Source: Sedimentisphaerales bacterium
GTDB taxonomy: Bacteria; Planctomycetota; Phycisphaerae; Sedimentisphaerales; SM23-30
Direction of reading: 5' to 3'
NCBI GenBank assembly: GCA_963663965.2
Contig: CAXXFK010000006.1
Span: forward strand, 96,001-160,000
Length of the DNA: 64,000 nucleotides
Shown: piece after piece, positions 59,220 to 64,000 of the stretch
How positions within the stretch are numbered: the stretch's first letter is position 1
How the letters are laid out: each line of letters opens with the position of its first letter
Notes under the pieces: generated by a model
What the model saw: the letters and a program-made list of their open reading frames with translations, nothing else
Databases searched by the model: none
Told to the model about the DNA's origin: nothing
Translations under genes and position numbers: made by a program

Positions 59220-61310
59220 ATGAAGACAGATAAAATAATAGAAATCGAATTTGTCAGAAGAATGAGTTTTCGAGTCATCCGGACGTTGTTTTTTTGGATC
59301 AATAACAGAGTGAGCATGATAAGATATATATGGCTGATGACAGTGTTGGCTGTCCTGAATTTACCGGTCCGGGGCGAGTCGGTGGCTCTGTCTTCGCTGG
59401 ATCTGACACAAATCAGCCAGGGTTGGGGGCAGGCGAAGAAGAATCTCTCCTGTACCGGCGGAAAACTCTTGATTGCTGGTGAAGAGTTCGAAGATGGCGT
59501 TGGAACGCATGCTTATAGTGTCATTCGTATCGACCTGGATGGAAGGGCTGATCGTTTTAGAGCGCGTTGCGGCGTGGATGACGGTTCAAAAAATCCGCAG
59601 GGCAAGGGAGGTACAGTGGCGTTTCGGGTAATCGGTGACGGTCGCACCCTCTGGAAGGGTTCTGTTATGAGTGTTGGAGACAGGGCTCAGCATGTCGATG
59701 TCGATCTGAAAGAGATCCGGCAGCTGCTGTTAATTGCCAGTGATGGCGGGGATGGCTTAAACAGCGATCATGCCAACTGGGTCGAGGCACGCCTGGAAAT
59801 GGCCAGCGGTTTGCCGCGAATGGTACCGCCACCTCAGGAGCAGGCGATCCGGCTGACTCCCAAACCGGGCCCTGAACCAAGAATCAACGGCCCGAAAATC
59901 TACGGCGCCCGGCCGGGCAATCCTTTTCTTTATCGCGTTCCCTGTACGGGTAGTCATCCGATGACATTTGTCGCAAACGGACTGCCCGTAAGTCTGCGAT
60001 TGGATCCGGATAGCGGTATTATTACCGGGACAACACCGGCCGGAGGCGAATATGATGTAATTCTCACCGCTAAAAACAACGCGGGTCAAACTCAGCGGGC
60101 TTTTAAAATTGTGGCCGGGGATACCCTGGCGCTGACTCCTCCGATGGGCTATAACCATTGGTACGCTCATTTTAATCGCATTAAGGATGCCATGATGCGT
60201 CAGGCGGCAGATATTATGATCTCCAGTGGCATGGCGGATGTCGGGTATCAATTCGTAAATGTGGATGATTGCTGGATGAACGCGGCGGGAGTCAGCAGAT
60301 ACATGACCGACGAGACGCGGGTGGGGCCGACCCGCGATGAAAATGGAAATATCGTGCCAAACAGGCATTTTCCGGACATGAAGGGCCTGGCGGATTATAT
60401 CCATGCCAAGGGCTTGAAAGCCGGTTTGTATACCTCGCCGGGTGTGTCCACCTGCACGGGGTGTGCCGGTTCTTACGGCCATGAGGTTCAGGACGCTCAA
60501 CAGTTTGCCCGGTGGGGTTTCGATTTCTTGAAGTATGACTGGTGTTCATACAGCCGGGTAGCAGGTCGCGATCCGGACTTGGACGCGATGATGACACCCT
60601 ACCGACTGATGGGTGAGGAACTGAAAAAACAGAAGCGGGATATCGTTTTAAATTTGTGTCAGTATGGAATGGGGGAGGTATGGAAATGGGGCCGCATGGT
60701 GGAAGGTCACTCGTGGCGTACCAGCGGCGATCTTGGTTTTGAATTGAACCGCATTCTCGATATCGCTTTGAAAAACGCCGCACTGGGCCCCTGGAACGGT
60801 CCGGGCGGCTGGAATGATCCGGATTATCTCCAGATCGGCTGGATTGGCGCCCAGCAGGGCCAGACTTTTCAACCGCCTCACCCGTGTCCGCTGACTCCCG
60901 CTGAGCAATATTCATTCATGTCGCTCTGGTGTCTGCTGCCGGCCCCTCTTTTTTATAGCGGCGATATGACCCGCCTGGACGATTTTACCATTGGCATTCT
61001 TTGTAATCCTGAGATGATCGAAGTGAATCAGGACGCCCTTGGCAAGGCCGCGCGTGTGGTGCGGCTGGAAGAAGAAGACACCTTCCTGATGATCAAGGAA
61101 CTTGAAGACGGATCTCAAGCCGTGGGGCTCTGTAATCGAGGCGAATGTGAATTTCAGGTTACCGCAACCTGGTCACAACTGAGTATAACGGGCAGGCAAT
61201 CGGTTCGAGATCTCTGGCGTCAACAGGATCTTGGCGTTTTCACCAAAGCATTCTCTACCATCGTCCCTCGTCATGGTGTTGCTGTTATGAAAATTACCCC
61301 TTTGCAGTAA
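59220..61310 (+). CDS. GH27 alpha-galactosidase-like with NPCBM and Ig-like domains
   Basis: QGWG..GVGTHA..DHANW (NPCBM); LTPPMGYNHW, NVDDCW, LKYDWC, WRTSGD, WNDPDYL; start may be ~59316. Confidence 0.9.
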   Translation: MKTDKIIEIEFVRRMSFRVIRTLFFWINNRVSMIRYIWLMTVLAVLNLPVRGESVALSSLDLTQISQGWGQAKKNLSCTGGKLLIAGEEFEDGVGTHAYSVIRIDLDGRADRFRARCGVDDGSKNPQGKGGTVAFRVIGDGRTLWKGSVMSVGDRAQHVDVDLKEIRQLLLIASDGGDGLNSDHANWVEARLEMASGLPRMVPPPQEQAIRLTPKPGPEPRINGPKIYGARPGNPFLYRVPCTGSHPMTFVANGLPVSLRLDPDSGIITGTTPAGGEYDVILTAKNNAGQTQRAFKIVAGDTLALTPPMGYNHWYAHFNRIKDAMMRQAADIMISSGMADVGYQFVNVDDCWMNAAGVSRYMTDETRVGPTRDENGNIVPNRHFPDMKGLADYIHAKGLKAGLYTSPGVSTCTGCAGSYGHEVQDAQQFARWGFDFLKYDWCSYSRVAGRDPDLDAMMTPYRLMGEELKKQKRDIVLNLCQYGMGEVWKWGRMVEGHSWRTSGDLGFELNRILDIALKNAALGPWNGPGGWNDPDYLQIGWIGAQQGQTFQPPHPCPLTPAEQYSFMSLWCLLPAPLFYSGDMTRLDDFTIGILCNPEMIEVNQDALGKAARVVRLEEEDTFLMIKELEDGSQAVGLCNRGECEFQVTATWSQLSITGRQSVRDLWRQQDLGVFTKAFSTIVPRHGVAVMKITPLQ

Positions 61311-61342
61311 ACAGGCGCAACAGGTTTTCGGCAGCAATTCTC

Positions 61343-63094
61343 TCAATTTGAGGGTTTGGCTTTGGGCGCAAACAGCGAGAATTCCCAGATGGTCGGACCG
61401 TCGGTTGTTTCCGAAAAGTTCAATCGGACCAGTTGTGCCGTTACCGGATCAAAAGAGACATTCAGAGTGACATCCAGATTCTCTCCCTGATAACAGGCTT
61501 TCCACTGGTCATCCTGCCAGTATTCGATGGCAAACTTTCGGCAGCGTTGCAGTTCAGGATAGGCTTGTTCGATAACGGCCTGGCCGATCAGTGTGGGGCG
61601 GCCCAGATCCACCTCAAGCCAGGCGACCTTGATGCCCGAATCGGTGGCCCAGCGGGTTTCCAGATTGCCGTCAACGGCCTTATCCGGGCCATATTGCATA
61701 TTGCCCTGATAGATATTTGAGGCCTTTGCTTTGCCATTGGTTGTCAACGACAGCTTGACTGCCGGCACGGGTATCGGTTTGATGGCCCTGGCCGGTTGGT
61801 CCAGTTTTAACGCGACAATGGTGTCAAGCGCATGGCGGCTGGCTTTGGGAACGTAGATTTCAATAACGTCATTTTCCTGGGTGACTTTCACCTGACCGCC
61901 TGTTAGAGCGACACTGTATAAGATCCTGGCGGGAATGGCTGGCAGGGTCAGTGTGTCCTCGGGCCACTGCTGGATGTGCAGATAAATAGTCTTGTCTTTG
62001 CGGGTGGAAACGCCGCATCGTCCCGGCATGAACGGTCCGCCGCGTGTCCCGTAGATGCTGTCGCCGTATTTTGATAGCCAATTGCCCATCTCACGCAGCA
62101 AGCCGGCCTGTTCCGCAGCGATCTCGCCTGTTGGAGTCGGTCCGACATTGAGCAGGAGATTGCCATCTCCGCCGGCGCATCGGATCAGCATGTTCAGGCA
62201 ATCAGCCGTGGGTTTGACGCCGTCTTTCGTGCCGCCCCATGCCCACTGGTTTCGTCTGGAAACGGTCATGCAGGATTCCCAGGGGGCCTGGTCATCGTAA
62301 GCGCCCACGACCTGTTCGGGTGTATAATAATCCGCAAAGGGTGACAGGATCTGGCGGTTGTTGTTTCCGACGCTCAGGTCGAGCCGGTTAGTCAGCAGGA
62401 TAGATGGTTGAAGAGATTTGACCAGCGCGTAAGTATTGGTCTGGTCGTACACTGCCTCACGGCCGTCATAATCGAACCAGAGCATGTCAATAGGACCATA
62501 ATTGGTTAGCAGTTCGCGGATTTCACCTTGCATTCGCCGCAAAAAGACATTGTTACGGTCGGTACGAAAATCCGGATCGCGCCAGTCCATTGGTGAAAAA
62601 TACCAACCAATACGCATGTCGGCTTCGTGGGCAGCCTGGGCCAGTTCGGCGCAGACATCGCGTTGAAATGGGGTGTTCATGATGTTGTAGTCATCGGTTT
62701 TCGAATCCCATAGCAGAAAACCATCGCAATGTTTGGCGGTCAATATCATGTATTTCATCCCGGCCGCGCGTGCAAGGTCGACCCAGGCTTTGGCATCGAA
62801 TCGGATTGGATTGAACTGGCGGTAGAGGTTGTCATAAACCTCAACGGGAATCGGGCCCTTGTTGGGACATTTGGGATTGGAGTTGGCGCGTGACCAGCTG
62901 ATTTCGGTTTCTTTAAGGCTTACTGGTCCCCAGTGAATAAACATGCCAAACCGGGCATCGCTCCACCATCGCATACGCGCGGCGCGTTGTTCAGGGATTT
63001 CGTGTAAAACCGTATTACTTTGCAGATCCGCTGCGTAAGTCTCGGTGTTCATCATGACCCAGGCCAACACGACATAAAACATGACCTTTTTCAT
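61343..63094 (-). CDS. GH29 alpha-L-fucosidase-like with C-terminal F5/8 domain
   Basis: ARFGMFIHWG, TAKHCDGF, LWFDY, GNLLLNVGP, SIYGTRGGP; AVDGNLETRW..WLEVDLG. Confidence 0.92.
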   Translation of the reverse strand: MKKVMFYVVLAWVMMNTETYAADLQSNTVLHEIPEQRAARMRWWSDARFGMFIHWGPVSLKETEISWSRANSNPKCPNKGPIPVEVYDNLYRQFNPIRFDAKAWVDLARAAGMKYMILTAKHCDGFLLWDSKTDDYNIMNTPFQRDVCAELAQAAHEADMRIGWYFSPMDWRDPDFRTDRNNVFLRRMQGEIRELLTNYGPIDMLWFDYDGREAVYDQTNTYALVKSLQPSILLTNRLDLSVGNNNRQILSPFADYYTPEQVVGAYDDQAPWESCMTVSRRNQWAWGGTKDGVKPTADCLNMLIRCAGGDGNLLLNVGPTPTGEIAAEQAGLLREMGNWLSKYGDSIYGTRGGPFMPGRCGVSTRKDKTIYLHIQQWPEDTLTLPAIPARILYSVALTGGQVKVTQENDVIEIYVPKASRHALDTIVALKLDQPARAIKPIPVPAVKLSLTTNGKAKASNIYQGNMQYGPDKAVDGNLETRWATDSGIKVAWLEVDLGRPTLIGQAVIEQAYPELQRCRKFAIEYWQDDQWKACYQGENLDVTLNVSFDPVTAQLVRLNFSETTDGPTIWEFSLFAPKAKPSN

Positions 63095-63283
63095 ACTTTA
63101 TTTTCCTGACTGATTAATGGTGATGGATTTCAGTTTACCAGTAATATCATTTCGAACTTTGCCGGATACCGGACCGACATGTCGTTGACGGACCTGATGG
63201 TCATTCAGGCCGATAGATTCTTAAATCAGGGGCATTCCTGTGAACTTCCTGGATAGAAATTGTTTTATGATGTAAAAATCTGG

Positions 63284-64000
63284 TCAGGGATTATAGCTGA
63301 AGAGCCATCTGGAAGAGACATCCATCATATCGAACATGTCTACCTGATAATCTTTAATGCCGTATTGCCCGTTAATGTCGGTCGGGCTGGCTGTCAGGAA
63401 AGAATTGCCTTGGATCCAGTCGGAAAGCAGGGCTAGAAAATCCTGGATATCAACGATGCCGTCAGCCTCGCCCAGCAGGCCGGTAATATCCCCGTTGATG
63501 GAATCACTGGTATATAGTGCTTTGCCGATACTCAAGACAAATTCCTGCAAATCTTGTAATTCGGCCTGGTTCAGTCCGGAGGTGATGCCATGTCGGTTAT
63601 TGGGATTGTGGGTGGTAAGGACTTCCATGATAGTGGCTGCTCCACCGTTTTGTAAATAAGGGGCAGTTCGCCAGGCCTCGGCCAGTGTGGGGACATCCAG
63701 CGGGCGGGTATCGTCCGGGCGGTTGGTGCCGACATCATACTTTATTTCCGAGATATAATCATCATTGGCAGAAGGATCGATGTAGAGATCGCCCTGGTGA
63801 CAGAATCCGCAGTGGGCTTTGCCGTAAAAGATGTTTCGACCGCGCTGGGCGCTCAGGGAATAATTGCCCCGCACCAGATGGGGACTTGGAACCGGGCGCT
63901 CAGAGCGCAGCCAGGCATTGACCGCAGCTTCTTTTTCCACCGGTATAGACATGAACTGAATGAACTTGAATCCGGCGTTGATCGCAACTTCCGCATTGGC
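63284..64000 (-). CDS. C-terminal part of a c-type cytochrome (peroxidase/MauG-like region) protein with dockerin-like tail; starts beyond right edge
   Basis: Frame open to 64000 (ANAEVAINAGFKFIQFM..); GRNIF..CGFCH heme motif; DVPTLAEAWRTAPYLQNG; GDITG..DGIVDIQD and DING..VDMFD. Confidence 0.8.
   Translation of the reverse strand, partial: ANAEVAINAGFKFIQFMSIPVEKEAAVNAWLRSERPVPSPHLVRGNYSLSAQRGRNIFYGKAHCGFCHQGDLYIDPSANDDYISEIKYDVGTNRPDDTRPLDVPTLAEAWRTAPYLQNGGAATIMEVLTTHNPNNRHGITSGLNQAELQDLQEFVLSIGKALYTSDSINGDITGLLGEADGIVDIQDFLALLSDWIQGNSFLTASPTDINGQYGIKDYQVDMFDMMDVSSRWLFSYNP

Noticed and set aside
1..64000. CRISPR array, rRNA, or known riboswitch
   Set aside because: No regularly spaced repeats, cas genes, rRNA-like sequence or riboswitch consensus recognised by eye; an Rfam scan was not run

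Overview
Bacterial window, most likely a planctomycete of Phycisphaerae type. That inference rests on the prepilin/H-X9-DG protein, PEP-CTERM, planctomycete-style dockerin-like tails, URO-D-like genes and integrase style. 1-3.6 kb is a minus-strand operon: MCP, two atypical V4R proteins, a class-V PLP enzyme and a truncated hypothetical. At 4.57 kb a 3' half of tRNA-Val(GAC) with its terminator sits beside a tyrosine integrase and probably marks the end of a large genomic island running past the right edge. Next come IS debris (IS1634, IS701/IS4-like), a multidomain secreted PHP/LamG protein, and a nested structure at 12.57-14.65 kb: an rve-transposase IS shell holding a tRNA-Asp 3' half with arm-like repeats on both sides, plus an ISL3. 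Ends of the same rve IS recur at 41.3-42.8 kb and bracket a ~30 kb AraC-associated catabolic locus. Its left arm has surface LamG/pilin/PEP-CTERM genes, URO-D-like and glycosidase genes. Its right arm has GH172, opine dehydrogenase, Pyl-free MttB, M20, Zn-ADH, MBL, SSS, a GH-ARH fusion, GH113 and a class-III aminotransferase. 42.8-63.1 kb is a second AraC locus for rhamnose/fucose/arabinose/galactose glycans (rhaM, rhaT, URO-D-like, DUF5703, 2x GH29, GH106, GH146/127, GH43, GH27), with a repeated structured intergenic element. Best novelty candidates: the opine-DH/MttB/glycosidase operon, the MCP-V4R-V4R-desulfurase operon, URO-D-like genes inside sugar loci, the attP-like relic and the repeated hairpin. 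All family calls are by-eye motif recognition; no searches were run.
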